Origin: Octopus vulgaris
Taxonomy: Eukaryota
Reading direction: 5' to 3'
Assembly: GCA_951406725.2 (NCBI GenBank)
Contig: OX597820.1
Coordinates: 31,868,001-31,932,000, forward strand
Length of the DNA: 64,000 nucleotides
The notes under the pieces were generated by a model, which ran no database searches, was not told the origin of the DNA, and saw only the letters and a program-made list of their open reading frames with translations. The translations under genes were made by a program, and so were the position numbers. This document shows, piece by piece, positions 44,988 to 58,953 of this stretch (position 1 is the first letter of the stretch; the number at the start of each line of letters is the position of its first letter).

Positions 44988-45381
44988 TTCCTTTGAATAA
45001 AATATATATATATATGAGTGTGTGTGTTGGGATTTATATATATATATATATATATACGTACACATGTATGTATGTATGTATGCGTGTATGAATAAGTGTG
45101 CTTCTGAGTGCTTCATTGCGCGCGTACGTGATTATATGTTTGTGCAACATGTTATATAAATAAATAATATACGCATGTTTACATATGCCTATATATGGAT
45201 GGATATATGTGTATACGTGTGTGTGGCTGTATATATATCAATATCTATCTATCTATTATCTATATATATATATATATATATACGTGTGTGTGTGTGTTTA
45301 AATATATATATATATATGTATGTATGTATACATGTATGTATGTGTATATATGTATATATATATATATATATATAAATATAT

Positions 45382-45431
<50 letters not shown>

Positions 45432-45444
45432 ATATATATACATG

Positions 45445-45483
<39 letters not shown>

Positions 45484-45597
45484 GGATGAGAAAAAGAGAA
45501 ATAAGTATACATGTGTATGTATTGAGTATTATTTGCGTGAGTGCCAGTGTGTGTATATGGATGTGTATATATGTGAATATGCATACATACACACTAA

Positions 45598-45645
<48 letters not shown>

Positions 45646-45837
45646 TCGTATCAGTATATATATGCATGCTGATACAAGACCCACATTAGTCTCCCCACTC
45701 GTATCATTATCGGACCAAGAGTTAAACTACGGTCTGTCCATAGAACTTAGCGTTGCCTGACACTCTTTGGGTCTTCTAGATACCAATACCTCTCATATAT
45801 ATATATACAATGTGTGTGGTGTGTGTGTGTGTGTTTA

Positions 45838-45900
<63 letters not shown>

Positions 45901-46227
45901 TTGTCTTTATGTATGTATATGTATATTTGCGCGTGTTTCTGGAGAGAGATAAAATGACATACTAAAATGTGTTCATACCTATCCTGCACTCGGAATTCCT
46001 GCATGCTTGTGGTCCGTGAGATCGCAAAATATTCCAAAGAAATCAGGAAATAAGTACCAGAACATAGAGAATGCTTTGCCGCTTTGTTATTGTTTTCTTT
46101 TCTTTTTCTTACCCATTGATAAAACTCCTCATGGAGAAACGCTGAGTAAACGATGCAGAGGTCATCACAAATCAACGCTTTCAAGAGTTCTCTTTCCCTT
46201 ATAAATAATAATAATAATAATAAAAAC

Positions 46228-46357
46228 ATTGTGTACAGTGCTCAGGTGCACTACAACAAGTCCATCGCCAGACGCCGGAGCTTCAGTGAATCCATGCCCA
46301 GGGAAACAAGGCGCTCAGAGTATGGTAGGTGTCTGATGGAGGGTATGCGTTTGGTTG
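46228..46357 (-). mobile_element. CR1-type LINE 3' fragment
   Basis: Minus-strand peptide TKRIPSIRHLPYSERLVSLGMDSLKLRRLAMDL matches the CR1 RT C-terminal pattern Y.ERL..L....L..RR...DL; tail runs into (TTA)n. Confidence 0.7.
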
Positions 46358-46408
46358 TACTTTCATACATATATACATACATTCATATATTCATACAAAC
46401 ATACAAAC

Positions 46409-46439
<31 letters not shown>

Positions 46440-46458
46440 CATCCATGCATATATATAT

Positions 46459-46489
<31 letters not shown>

Positions 46490-46707
46490 CATAGATACAT
46501 GTACATACATGCTTGCATACATGCATACATGCATGCATACATTCATACATACATACAACATACATACATACATATGAATTCATATATACATGCATATATG
46601 CATACTTACATACATACACACATACATACGTATACACATACATACATACATACATACATGCCAAGCCTACATTCATACATGCATACATACATAAATGCAT
46701 ACATACA

Positions 46708-47118
46708 TAGGCGTAGAAGTGGCTGTGTGGTAAGTAGCTTGCTTACGAACCACATGCTTCCAGGTTCAGTCCCACTGCGTGGCACCTTGGGCAAGTGTCT
46801 TCTACTATAGCCTCAGGCCGACCAAAGCCTTGTAAGTGGATTTGGTAGACGGAACTGAAAGAAGCCCGTCGTATATATGTATATATGTATGTGTGTGTGT
46901 ATATGTTTGTGTTTCTGTGTTTGTCCCCCAACATCGCTTGACAACCGATGGTGGTGTGTTTACATCCCTGTAACTTAGCGGTTCGGCAAAAGAGACCGAT
47001 AGAATAAGTACTAGGCTTCCAAAGAATAAGTACTGGGGTCGATTTGCTCGACTAAAAGGCGGTGCTCCAGCATGGCCGCAGTCAAATGACTGAAACAAGT
47101 AAAAAGGTAAGATAGTAA
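46708..47118 (+). mobile_element. SINE family B, full length
   Basis: Complete head, CORE-like accttgggcaagtgtctt, internal microsatellite and tail. Confidence 0.9.
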
Positions 47119-47211
47119 AGAGAATAAAAATGCAAACGTGTGCATACAGACAAAAACAGACACATAGACACAGACAGACAAACAGACAGACAGACACACG
47201 CACATACACAT

Positions 47212-47276
<65 letters not shown>

Positions 47277-47593
47277 ATGAACACATACAGAGAAATATAT
47301 CCACGCATTGAAATTTCGTTCACAAACTATTTCAAGATATATTAAATGGAAATATTATAGAGACGATAAAGCACATCTTTAGAAAAAATAAATTCAAAAC
47401 GAACTTTTATACAACGAAACATTTCAATTAACTTTTATTAAAATTACCTCAACTTTCCTTTTCATCCCATACAAATATTTTAATCATCATCATCGTCTTC
47501 ATCAAGTTCCTGTGACTGACGCAACCAGTCGTTGGGGGTGCCACCCTTGACGTTTTCGTAGTTAGCTACCACCACAGGTCTCTGTTCACACTA

Positions 47594-47813
47594 AGGCAGC
47601 GAGCTGGCAGAAACGTTAGCAAGCCGGGCGAAATGCGTAGCCGTATTTCGTCTGCCGTTACGTTCTGAGTTCAAATTCCGCCGAGGTCGACTTTGCCTTT
47701 CATCCTTTCGGGGTAGATAAATTAAGTACCAGTTACGCACTGGGGTCGATGTAATCGACTTAATCCGTTTGTCTGTCCTTGTGTTTAGCTCCTTTTGAGT
47801 AGTAAAGAAATAG
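47594..47813 (+). mobile_element. SINE family A, full length with 13-bp TSD
   Basis: TSD tctctgttcacac at 47579-47591 and 47815-47827. Confidence 0.92.
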
Positions 47814-47889
47814 ATCTCTGTTCACACACACACACGCACACATAAAACTTACAAACAAGTGTGTGTAGGCACAATATGTAGACACATCT

Positions 47890-48216
47890 TTATCTTTTAC
47901 TTCTTTCAGTCATTAGACTGCGGCCATGCTGAGGCACCGACGTGAATCGACCCCAGTACTTATTCTATGAGCCTCTTCTGCCGAACCACTAAGTTACAGG
48001 GATGCACACACATAACCGCCACTTGTCAAGCACATAGATATACATACATATACAACGGGCTTCTTTCAATTTCCGTCTACCAAATCTACTCACAATTCGT
48101 TGGTCGGCTCGAGGCTATAGTAGAAAATACTTCCGCAAGGTACCACGCAGTAGGACTGAAACCGGAATCATATGGTTGTGAAGCAAGCTTCTTACCCCCC
48201 AGCCACGTCTGCGCCT
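47890..48216 (-). mobile_element. SINE family B, diverged
   Basis: Reverse complement of head and tail motifs. Confidence 0.75.
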
Positions 48217-48760
48217 ACATACAGACACAATATAACTAAAACACTGATAAACATAAAGCCACACAGACAAAAATATATATTATTTTTATTCGTAGATTGA
48301 TTCGGTTTGATGCAACTTAAAGTTTCGTAGGTTCGTAAAACGAAACTTTCACGTTAGGTCTCGAGAACCGGTTGTCAAAGGTTGAAGTGTGAGGCTCCTT
48401 TTCCGAGGTCATGAATCTTTAAAGTGCAGAGAGCCGAATCGAATTTTTATTTAAGAAAAAAGGTAACTCCTACTCAGTGTATTTAGTGACACTTTCCTTT
48501 GTTTGTTCACTCAACCGTGCATACATGTATATATATACATGTGTTTATATATATATATATAAACACGCACGCACACACACACATACATATATCTATATAT
48601 ATATGTATGTACACACACACACACACACATCTGTATGTATACTCATACACACACATATATCTATGTATGTATGTATGTATGTATGTATGTATGTATGTAT
48701 GTATGTATGTATCTATGTATGTATGTATGTGTATGTGTATGTGTGTGTGTATGTATGTAT

Positions 48761-48923
48761 AGGTGCAGGCGTGACTGTGTGGTAAGAAGCTTGCTTCCCA
48801 ACTACATGGTTCCGGGTTCAGTCACACTGCGGGGCACCTTCGCCAAGTGTCTTCTACTATAGCCTCGGGCCAGTCAAAGCCTTGCGAGTGAATTTGGTTG
48901 ACGGATCTGAAACAAGACTGTCG

Positions 48924-48925
<2 letters not shown>
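48761..48925 (+). mobile_element. SINE family B 5' part
   Basis: ggtgcaggcgtgactgtgtggtaagaagcttgcttccc... Confidence 0.8.
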
Positions 48926-48998
<73 letters not shown>

Positions 48999-49094
48999 GT
49001 GTGTGTGTGTGCGTGCGTGTGTATATATGTATATAAACATAAGTGAGTATATATAAAAAAAAAAATATATATATATATATAATATATATTCTTT

Positions 49095-49495
49095 TATTTT
49101 ATTCCTTTACTTGTTTCAGTCATCTGACTGCGGCTGTTCTGGAGCACCGCATTAAATCGACCCCAGAACGTATTCTTTGTAAGTCTAGTACTTATTCAAT
49201 TGGTCTTTTTTTCCTCTAATTGCTAAGTTACGGTGGCGTAAACACACCAACACCGGTTGTCAAACACCGTTGACAAACACAGATGCAGACGCACATAGAC
49301 ACACGAACACACGCACACATACGCGCACGCGCACACACACACATATATGACGGGCTTCTTTCAGTTTCCGTCTACCAAATCCACTCACAAGGCTTTGGTC
49401 GACCCAACTCTATAGTAGAAGACACTTGTCCAAGATATTACGCAGTGGGAGACTGAACCCGGAACCATGTGGTTAGGAAGCAAGCTTCTTACCGC
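49095..49495 (-). mobile_element. SINE family B
   Basis: Reverse complement of head, internal (TG)n and tail. Confidence 0.8.
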
Positions 49496-49637
49496 ATATT
49501 TAAGTGTTGGCTATGTTCCTAATAGTACGCCGAAAAAGCCCCACAAATCAGTGTTTCATAGTTTCCTACTCGCGAGGGATTGATGCATGATGTGTTGCGA
49601 GCAAAGAAGTTCACCGTGTCTTCCATATTCCATCACT

Positions 49638-49667
<30 letters not shown>

Positions 49668-49674
<7 letters not shown>

Positions 49675-49977
49675 ATCATGTGACCGACCAGGCTATCAGA
49701 TGTTGCTACACATCGCTGGTCACAATGCGCTTCGCATTGTTTTAGCCTTCAAATTACGCTACGCCGCTGGCTAAGCGAGAGGGCCAACAGAAGAAAGAGT
49801 GAGAGAAAGTTGTGGCGAAAGAGTATAGCAGGGATCGCCACCACACCCTGCCGGAACCTCATGGAGCTTTTAGGTGTTTTCGCTCAATAAACACTCACAA
49901 CGCCCGGTCTGGGAATCGAAACCGCGATCCTACAACCGCGAGTCCGCTGCCCTAACCACTGCGCCATTGCGTCTCCA
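49668..49977 (-). mobile_element. tRNA-derived SINE (distinct family)
   Basis: Minus-strand head ggagacgcaatggcgcagtggttagggcagcggactcgcggttgtaggatcgcggtttcgattccc with A/B boxes, followed by ~230 bp of non-tRNA body. Confidence 0.7.
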
Positions 49978-50012
49978 CACACACACACACACATACACAC
50001 ACACACACACAT

Positions 50013-50047
<35 letters not shown>

Positions 50048-50048
50048 G

Positions 50049-50209
50049 AAGAAAACAGAAAATGGAGAAATACTGATGAACAACAATTGATTTATATCAA
50101 TTATTATTTATTAATTCAATGCAAAATGCAGTCTATTTGCATTGAATTAATAAATAATGATTGATTAAGTTAAATGGTATTCGTCAGTATTTCTCCATTT
50201 TGTTTTCTT
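50049..50209. repeat. ~160-bp imperfect AT-rich hairpin
   Basis: aaaatggagaaatactgatgaa / ttcgtcagtatttctccatttt and attatttattaattcaatgcaaa / tttgcattgaattaataaataat. Confidence 0.85.
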
Positions 50210-50378
50210 TAAGTTTTAATTCTTGATGGACTTATGTTCATCCTTGTCTTTATCTATAATTTATGAGGATAATATGTTTGCATATGCATGCCCATGGTTA
50301 AATATAGGTAATATTCAAGTATTGTAATGAATACTTCTGTCCCTTAGACGGTTATTTTAACCTCTAACTCAACTAGCC

Positions 50379-50557
<179 letters not shown>

Positions 50558-50599
50558 GGGGTGAGGGAGGAAGAGAGAGGAGAGAATAAGCACAAATGT

Positions 50600-51005
50600 A
50601 TATTTTACTAGTTTCAATCATCAAACTGCAGCCACGTTGGAGCACCGCCTTCAAAAATTTTTAGTTCAATGAATTGACCATATTTCTTTTCTTTTTTGTT
50701 TCCTTTTAAGCCTGATACTTATTCTATCATTTTATCTTACACTTTTGCCGAACCACTTATATTTTAAGAACGTAAACACACCAACATCGATTGTCAAGCG
50801 GTTACGGTGGTAAAACAAGCACAGACACAAAGACACGCGCGCAGACACATACGGGCTTCTTTCAGTTTCCGTCTACCAAATCATGTCACAAAGCTATAGC
50901 CTCGGCCGGAGCCTATGCTAGAAGGCACTAGCCGATGGCATCACGATGTAGGGCTGAACCTGGAACCAGATGGTTGGGGAGCAAACTTCTTACCACGCAG
51001 CCACA
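50600..51005 (-). mobile_element. SINE family B, diverged
   Basis: gggcttctttcagtttccgtctaccaaat...cttcttaccacgcagccac. Confidence 0.7.
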
Positions 51006-51386
51006 GTTTCCTTATAAGTTTTCTTATGTCTGAGATACATTAAATATAAATGATGCGCTCACAGTTCCACTATCTCATGATCATTTCTCACCTTTAACTG
51101 GCAACGAGGTGGTTTCGGGTTAAGTCTTGGTGTATGACATCTTAGATAAGTGTCTTCTACAATAGACCCATGGTCAATCAAAGTCTTGCGAGTGAATTTT
51201 ATAAACGGAAACTATGTAGAAGCCCATCGAATATACATACATATATATATAAATATAAATATATATATGTATATATATACATATATGTATATATACAAAT
51301 ATATACACATATACATATATATATATAAGCATATGTATATATGTATATGCGTGTGTGTGTGTGTATGTATATATATATATATATAT

Positions 51387-51539
51387 AGTGGCTGTGTGGT
51401 AAATAGCTTGCTTACGAACCACATGGTTCCAGGTTCAGTCCCACTGCGTGGCACCTTGGGCAAGTGTCTTTTACTATAGCCTCGGGCCGACCAAAGCCTT
51501 GTGAGTGGATTTGGTAGACGAAAACTGAAAGAAGCCCGT

Positions 51540-51629
<90 letters not shown>

Positions 51630-51683
51630 TGTGTGTGTGTTTGTCCCCCAACATCGCTTGACAACCGATGCTGGTGTGTTTAT
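51387..51683 (+). mobile_element. SINE family B, 3'-truncated
   Basis: Near-identical to the 46708 head and middle. Confidence 0.85.
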
Positions 51684-51757
<74 letters not shown>

Positions 51758-52378
51758 ATATATAGTCATGGTATATTCTGTTAAGAACGCAGCCGAGTAC
51801 AGTATAAAACTCGTCCACCTTCAGATTTTACTGTGCTATCCAGTAGTAGCCCAAACGAAAACCTGGAAGTACCTTATATATGTGTGTGTGTGTGTGTGTG
51901 TGTGCCCTTATCATCACTACTTGTGAATCACTGTTGGCTTGTTTAGGTCTCCGTGCCTGACAGCTTTTCTGGGACTGACATCAACTTGTTCTGCTATGTC
52001 AGAGGCTTTGCAACGAGAATTATCCTCCACACTTTTTTAACTAAGCGAAGGGTCCTGTCAGAGGGCCCTGGTCGACTTGGGTGAGGTGATATAGACTTCT
52101 TCCTTTCTTGGGTGTCTTTCGCCCTCACCACTTGTTGGTTTATTTACAACCCCGTATCCTAGAGGTTAGATGTAAGAGACCGATAGGATAAAAACCAGGT
52201 TGAAATGAAAAAAAAAAAAAAAATACCGGAGTCGATTCTTTCAACTGAAACCCTTCAAGGTGGTGCCCTCCTGCCATGACCATGGTAATGAAAAATGGCT
52301 GAAACAAGTAAAGGTTAAAAAGAAATACTAAAACAGAAATTAAAAAAAAAACATGGTTTGTTTTTTGCCTCATTTCAG

Positions 52379-52470
52379 GCAGCAGCAAATGCTGGCGGGT
52401 ATTAAAGAATGCACCCGGCGCATGTACCAACGGCGAATGTACTAGCAGGAAGAGACATGATGTTCTATAA
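52379..52470 (+). CDS. Candidate last coding exon, (G)SSKCWRVLKNAPGACTNGECTSRKRHDVL*
   Basis: Acceptor tttgttttttgcctcatttcag; non-repetitive sequence; phase-1 frame gives a 3-Cys peptide with an RKR basic site before the stop; possible donor cag|gtattg at 52495. Confidence 0.35.
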
Positions 52471-52584
52471 CAAAACCGAACCAGCAGGTTTTCAGGTATT
52501 GTGTGGGTAGACAATAATTCTGAACCTAATTTTTTTTTCTCTGTATGCACTTTAAAAATAACACCTTGTTGACGTTGCTGCTAC

Positions 52585-52620
<36 letters not shown>

Positions 52621-52621
52621 T

Positions 52622-53171
52622 GAGTGAGAGAGCAGTTCATGCCATCAAAGTGACACTGGGGTAAAATATACGAAGCCCAATATACCCATCATGACTACCC
52701 GTCTGATAAAGGTACACCAGGCACATGCATCACAACCATATGTGCGCGACATGGTGATCTCATATCAAGATAAACAGCACATGACCTTGCAGGTGGGGCC
52801 AAGTTAGAATTTTCTTCAGGTTGAGTAGCCCATCCCACTCAAACGGTCCCTGAATAAGGGTTGTTTAAGGATGTTGAAAGAACCACTCATGTTTCCAGAG
52901 GTGAACTATTCAAACCCCAAAGAATCCCTCTCAACACATGGCTATGATGCTCCCCCACTACTTCTGCTCGTGATCAGAGATGCACATATCGTCAGCCACT
53001 AAGGGACATGCTCAACTGGTTAAGGTCAAACAACTGACAAGCAAATCTGTGGTATTGAGCAGAATATTTGCTGTAGCCCATCTTTTATACCAAGACAAAA
53101 CAATGTACATGATAACACTTCCAATCAGTTAAGATCAGAAGCCATGAGAGCCACTGCCTGGTACTGCATCA
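52622..53171 (-). mobile_element. Family C element, near full length
   Basis: Reverse complement of 1392-1944; flanked by (TTA)n. Confidence 0.9.
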
Positions 53172-53290
<119 letters not shown>

Positions 53291-53296
53291 TTATTA

Positions 53297-53359
<63 letters not shown>

Positions 53360-53407
53360 TTTATTTTTATTATTATTATTTTTATTTTTATTATTATTAT
53401 TATTATA

Positions 53408-53484
<77 letters not shown>

Positions 53485-53777
53485 TGTTGTTGTTTTTTTT
53501 GTTGTTTTTTATTTTTTTTTTATTTTTCGTTTGCAGTTATTTATATCTATTTCCATACCATTATTTCGGCTTGAAAGTACTTTTATTTGTGTGACGTCCC
53601 TGACCCATCACTGCGTTTATGTAACTTATTTATGCTACCTTGCAGCTTTTTCTTGTCTTTTTGTCTTGCTTTTTATTTTTATTTTTATTTTTCTATATAC
53701 CCCTAGACAACGTTTCATATTTGATATGCTTGAATGACTCCTATGAAATTAGCCTATTACAAAATAAAAGAAATTAT

Positions 53778-53844
<67 letters not shown>

Positions 53845-53927
53845 ACTACTACTACTACTACTACTACTGTGTATACTTTACACACACACACTCTCTCTCT
53901 CTCTCTCACACACACACATATATATAT

Positions 53928-54130
53928 CGGCGTAGGCGTGGCTGTGTGGTTAGAAGCTTGCTTCCCAACCACATGATTTCGGGTTCAGTCTCACAGCATG
54001 GTAACTTGGGTAAGTGACTTCTACTATAGCCACGGACCGACCTAAGATTCGTGAGTGAACTTGGTAGACGGAAACTGAAAGAATCCAGTCACACATACAC
54101 ACATATGATTGTGTGTGTGTGTGTGTGTGC

Positions 54131-54181
<51 letters not shown>

Positions 54182-54397
54182 TACGTGTGTGTGTCTGTGT
54201 TTTCCCTCACCACCGCTTGACAACCGGTGTTGGTGTATTACGTCCCCGAAACTTAGCGGTTCGGCAAAAGAAGCCGATAGAATAAGTTTTGGGCTTACAA
54301 AGAATAAATCCTGGGGTCGATTTTATCTACTAAAAGCGATGCCCTAGCATGGTCGCAGTCAAATGACTGGAACAAGTGAAAGAATAAAAGAATAAAA
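53928..54397 (+). mobile_element. SINE family B, full length
   Basis: Head, internal (TG)n and tail aaagaataaaagaataaa. Confidence 0.85.
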
Positions 54398-54496
54398 ACA
54401 CCTTTAATTTGTCATTTCATTATCAGTAAGCCCTGATACTTTGTGTCTGTCTTTGTATTGTCTCTTTCATCCTTCGTCCTAGTGGCAAATAATAGC

Positions 54497-54567
<71 letters not shown>

Positions 54568-54655
54568 CAACAACAACAATAATAATAATAACAATAATAA
54601 CAACAACAACAATAATAATAATAATAACAACAATAATAATAATAACAATAATAAC

Positions 54656-54702
<47 letters not shown>

Positions 54703-54713
54703 TGATGATGATG

Positions 54714-54744
<31 letters not shown>

Positions 54745-54770
54745 TGGTGATGATGATGATGATGACGATG

Positions 54771-54873
<103 letters not shown>

Positions 54874-54877
54874 TAAT

Positions 54878-54946
<69 letters not shown>

Positions 54947-54976
54947 TCAATGGTAATAATAATATTTCCTAAAACC

Positions 54977-55572
54977 ACTACAAGGTGTGGCGACACGAAC
55001 AGGTAGCGAAAGTGCTCCATTGGAAACTGTGCGAAAGGTGGAAGCTAGAGAGAGGCAAGATGTGATGTGAGCACAAACTGCAGAGAGTGGCGGAGTCGGA
55101 GTCGGAGTCGGAGACTAGCAGAACTCTCTGCGATTTCCCAGTCGAAACGGATGAGGTGCTAGAGCATAACAGACCGAACCTAGAGGTGGTGGACAAGGTG
55201 CACCACATATGCTATATAGTTGATGTTGCATGCTCCTTTGACCCACGAATAGACAAGAAGGAAGGCGAAAAGATAGATAAGTACAACCCTTTTCAGTATG
55301 AAATAGGCCGGCTATGGAAAATGAAGACAGTGAAGATAGTGCCAATTATTGTTGGGTCATTGGTAACAGTATCAGAAGGTGTCAAGAGGAATATAAACGA
55401 AACTGGAATGGAGTGCTCAGTAGAACTGTTACAAAATGTTTGCCTCCTTGACACAGCCAGAATAATCAGGTAAGTATTAGTTGAAAAGAACGAATAGCAT
55501 GGTACCGTAGGCTGCAGGTAGTAAGCCCGCTATGCATGCAAGACTCCAGGAGCGCCAACAAAACCTGTGATA
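54977..55572 (+). mobile_element. R4/Dong-like RLE LINE 3' fragment (family 2)
   Basis: RHEQVAKVLHWKLC..HNRPNL..IVDVAC..EKIDKY..IVPIIVGSL..LLDTARIIR; follows a long (TAA)n array. Confidence 0.85.
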
Positions 55573-56122
55573 TGCCCTGATGCAATACCAGACAGTGGCT
55601 CTCATGGCTTCTGATCTTAACTGATTGGAAGTGTTACCATGTACATTGTTTTGTCTTGGTATAAAAGAAAGGCTACAGCAAATATCCTGCTCAATACAAC
55701 AGATTTGCTTGTCAGTTGTTTGACCTTAACCATTTGACCATGTTCCTTAGTGGCTGACGATATGTGCATCTCTGACCACGACCAGAAGAAGTGGGGAGTG
55801 CATCATAGCCGTGTGTTGGAAGGAATTCTTAGAGGTTTGGACAATTCACCTTTGGAAACATGGGTGTTTTGTTCAACATCCTTAAACAATCCTTATTCAG
55901 GGACCTTTTGAGCGGGATGGCTTACTCGACCAGAAGAAAATTCTCCCCCACCTGCTAGGTCATGCGCTGTTTATCTTGATATGAGATCACCATGTCACGC
56001 ACATATGGTTGTGATGCATATGCCTAGTGTACCCTTATCAGACGGGTAGTCATGATGGGTATACTGGGCTTCATATATTTTACCCCAGTGTCACTTTGAT
56101 GGCTTGCACTGCCCTCTCGCTC
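55573..56122 (+). mobile_element. Family C element, full length
   Basis: tgccctgatgcaatacc...ctctcgctc then (AAT)n; directly follows the family 2 LINE 3' end. Confidence 0.9.
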
Positions 56123-56191
<69 letters not shown>

Positions 56192-56192
<1 letters not shown>

Positions 56193-56225
56193 GCCCTGAT
56201 GCAGTACCCGGTACTGGCTCTCATG
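56192..56225 (+). mobile_element. Family C 5' stub
   Basis: tgccctgatgcagtacccggtactggctctcatg within (AAT)n. Confidence 0.7.
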
Positions 56226-56284
56226 ACATAATAATAATGATAATGATAATAACGATAATGATAATACTAATAACGATAATCATG

Positions 56285-56380
56285 ATCAGCATAGTATGCC
56301 TCGGTGACAACAGGATCAATGTGAAAGAAGCAAAAATAAGGGACTATGGCGATTTGAAGAAGGAAATACAAAGGTTGTGA
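56285..56380 (+). mobile_element. Small RLE LINE remnant
   Basis: CLGDNRINVKEAKIRDYGDLKKEIQRL resembles the RLE segment D....KE.EK..KY.DL..E..RLW. Confidence 0.55.
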
Positions 56381-57229
56381 TCAATAAAGAAAGCATTTTT
56401 TTCCTTCATGATCTCTGACAACTATATCTGGTCTGTTGGCCTTAATTTCTCTATCTGTGTGTATCGGCATATCCCAGAGTATGGATGCTTTCTCGTTTTC
56501 TGTGACCTTTTCTGGTGTGTGCCTATACCATCTTTTTTCTGTTGTTATTCCATAATGTTGGCATAGCTTCCAATATATGTAGGTTCCAACTCTGTCATGT
56601 CTGTGAATATATTCCTTCTTATCCAGGACTGGGCAGCCAGAGATAATATGAGTTATTGTTTCTTGTCCATATCCACATATTCTGCAGTTACTTGTAATAT
56701 TTCTTTTCATTACATGTTTTTGGTAATTTCTGGTGGGGAGGCTTTGGTCTTGTGCTTCAATTAAAAATCCCTCTGTCTCTGCTTTGAGTCCTGAGCTTCT
56801 CAACCATTGCTGAGATTTTTCTTTGTCTATTTCTTTTGCGTTTAGTTTAGTCCAGTATTTACCATGAAGGGGCTTTTCTTGCCATCGTTTTATCATGGTT
56901 CGTTGCTGTTTTATTTTTAGTTTGGATTTCATTTGTTTTATAGCTTTTGTTGTTTCTTTATCTTCTTCTTCTTCATACTTATTAGGTGGTATGATTTCTT
57001 GTTTGTATTTGTCAGCTTCCTTAAATACTGAGAACAGTTTTTTTGTTTTGCTCGTGTTTTGCCGCTATTTGTATCAGTTTTCCTTCCTTCTGAAGTAGAT
57101 ATTTTTGCAGTCCTATGGTGGTTATTTTATAGTAGTTTTCCAGCTGTATAAGGCCTCAACCACCTTCTATACGTTGTATATATAGTCTTTCTATGTCAGA
57201 TTTTGGGTGATGCATCCTAGATCCTGTCA
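56381..57229 (-). mobile_element. R4/Dong family 1 internal fragment
   Basis: Near-identical to 22204-22875 (ORF 56381..56932); extends 5' to HHPKSDIERLYIQRIEGG*GL (RT thumb motif). Confidence 0.9.
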
Positions 57230-57958
57230 GAAAAACTGTCCTTAGGAACAAAGCAAAGTCCTGGAGCAGTTGATGGAGACTTCTGTAGAAGAAAAAACAA
57301 AGACGGCCGAGGAGGCGGAAGACTCCTCAAAGAAGAGCCGCAAGAGGAAGAAGGTGAGCAATAATGGGTGCTCACCGAAGGATCCTAGGGATGAGGGAGG
57401 GGAAGCGAATCTCCTGGTCACGAAGGAGACGCACCCTTCCACAGTTAAGAAGAAAAAATGAGGAAGAGGAAGAGAAACGGTACGTTGCCGGCAGTCGGTG
57501 ACATAGCATCGGAATGTCCCGGAACCTTGGCGGTAGGGTTGTGCCACCGGCAGGAGAAGAGACACCGTTGGCGGGAATTGTACCACCAACGGTATAATTG
57601 GCTACCTCGACTCCGGAGGAAGACAGATTATTGATCTTCTTCTACAGAGGGGGAGAAGTAGAAAAGGTGGTGGAAAAACACTATAAGGGAATACCTTTAA
57701 CTTTCACACGGGAACCTGAATGGCCTCCACAGCTATCTGCGGAGGCCATTCAGGTTCCCGTGATATGTAGGCTGGAGGGACTCAAAGAGGAATATCGCTT
57801 GTGGCCGGGCAACACCGACTCGAAGTCCGCCTTGGTTTTAAATGAGTCGTGGGCGATGGCAAAGTATACGGGCACAAGTGATGTTGGGGAGGAAAATTGA
57901 CAAGAGGTTGAAAAACTTCAGTCTTATGATGTTTGTGTAAGAGGCTCAGCGCCTTGAT

Positions 57959-58150
57959 TTGTAAATGGACTATTAAGGCCAATAATTGTAAAAACGGAAG
58001 TGAGGGGTTCAATACCTCGGCTTATTTTTTGTGTTAAAAATAATAATGTTTCAACTTGTAAATGGACTATTAAGTCCAAAAATTGTTAAAACGGAAGTAA
58101 GAGGTTCAATAACTCGGTTTGTTTTTTTGTGTAAAAAAAAAAAAATGTTT
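57959..58150. repeat. Two-copy ~97-bp tandem repeat before a possible mariner-type terminus (to ~58192)
   Basis: ttgtaaatggactattaag.ccaa.aattgt.aaaacggaagt.ag.ggttcaata.ctcgg occurs twice. Confidence 0.75.
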
Positions 58151-58289
58151 TAGAGAAGCAGAAAATCGGCGGGCGTTTTTTGTCTACTCCCTTTAATATC
58201 ATTATATTTCACCATTCATCTCGTCAATGCTTCTGTCCAGCCCACAAGCTACTCTGTATCATGCCTTTATAGCAAAATTTTTGAAATAA

Positions 58290-58429
58290 AGTAGCTTGCT
58301 TACCAACCACACAGTTCCGAGTTCAGTCCCACAGCGAAGCACCTTGGCCAAGTGTCTTCTACTATAGCCTCGGGCCGACCAAAGCCTTGTGAGTGGATTT
58401 GGTTCGCGGAAACTGAAAGAAGCCCGTCG

Positions 58430-58514
<85 letters not shown>

Positions 58515-58953
58515 GTATGTTTGTATGTGTGTGTTTGTCTTCCCAGCATCGCTTGACAACCGATGCTGGTGCGTATACGTCCTCGTAACTTAGCGGTTCG
58601 GCAAAAGACTCGATAGACTAATTACTAGGCTTACAAAGAAAAAGTCCTGGGTTCAATTCGTTCGACTAAAGGCAGTGATCCAGCATGGCCGCAGGCAAAT
58701 GCCAGAAACAAATAAATGAATAAGAGAACATTATGTGTTTGTGTGCCTTTGTTTGTCGCCCCCCCCCCCCCCATCACTTGACAACCGATGTTGGTGAGTT
58801 TATGTCCCCATAACATAGCGGTTCGGCCAAAGAGTCCAATAGAATAAGTACTAAGCTTACAAGGAATATGTCGCGGGGTCGATTTGTTTGACTAAAGGCT
58901 ATGCTCCAGCATGGCCGCAGTCAAATGACTGAAATAAGTAAAAGTATAAAAGA
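58290..58953 (+). mobile_element. SINE family B with a second, tandem 3' half
   Basis: Copy at 58290-58723 followed by a second 3' half at 58735-58953. Confidence 0.8.

Noticed and set aside
49900-49977. tRNA-like sequence (also the heads of SINE A/B and the 8500 element)
   Set aside because: A/B boxes are present but I see no complete cloverleaf, and each continues into a SINE body.
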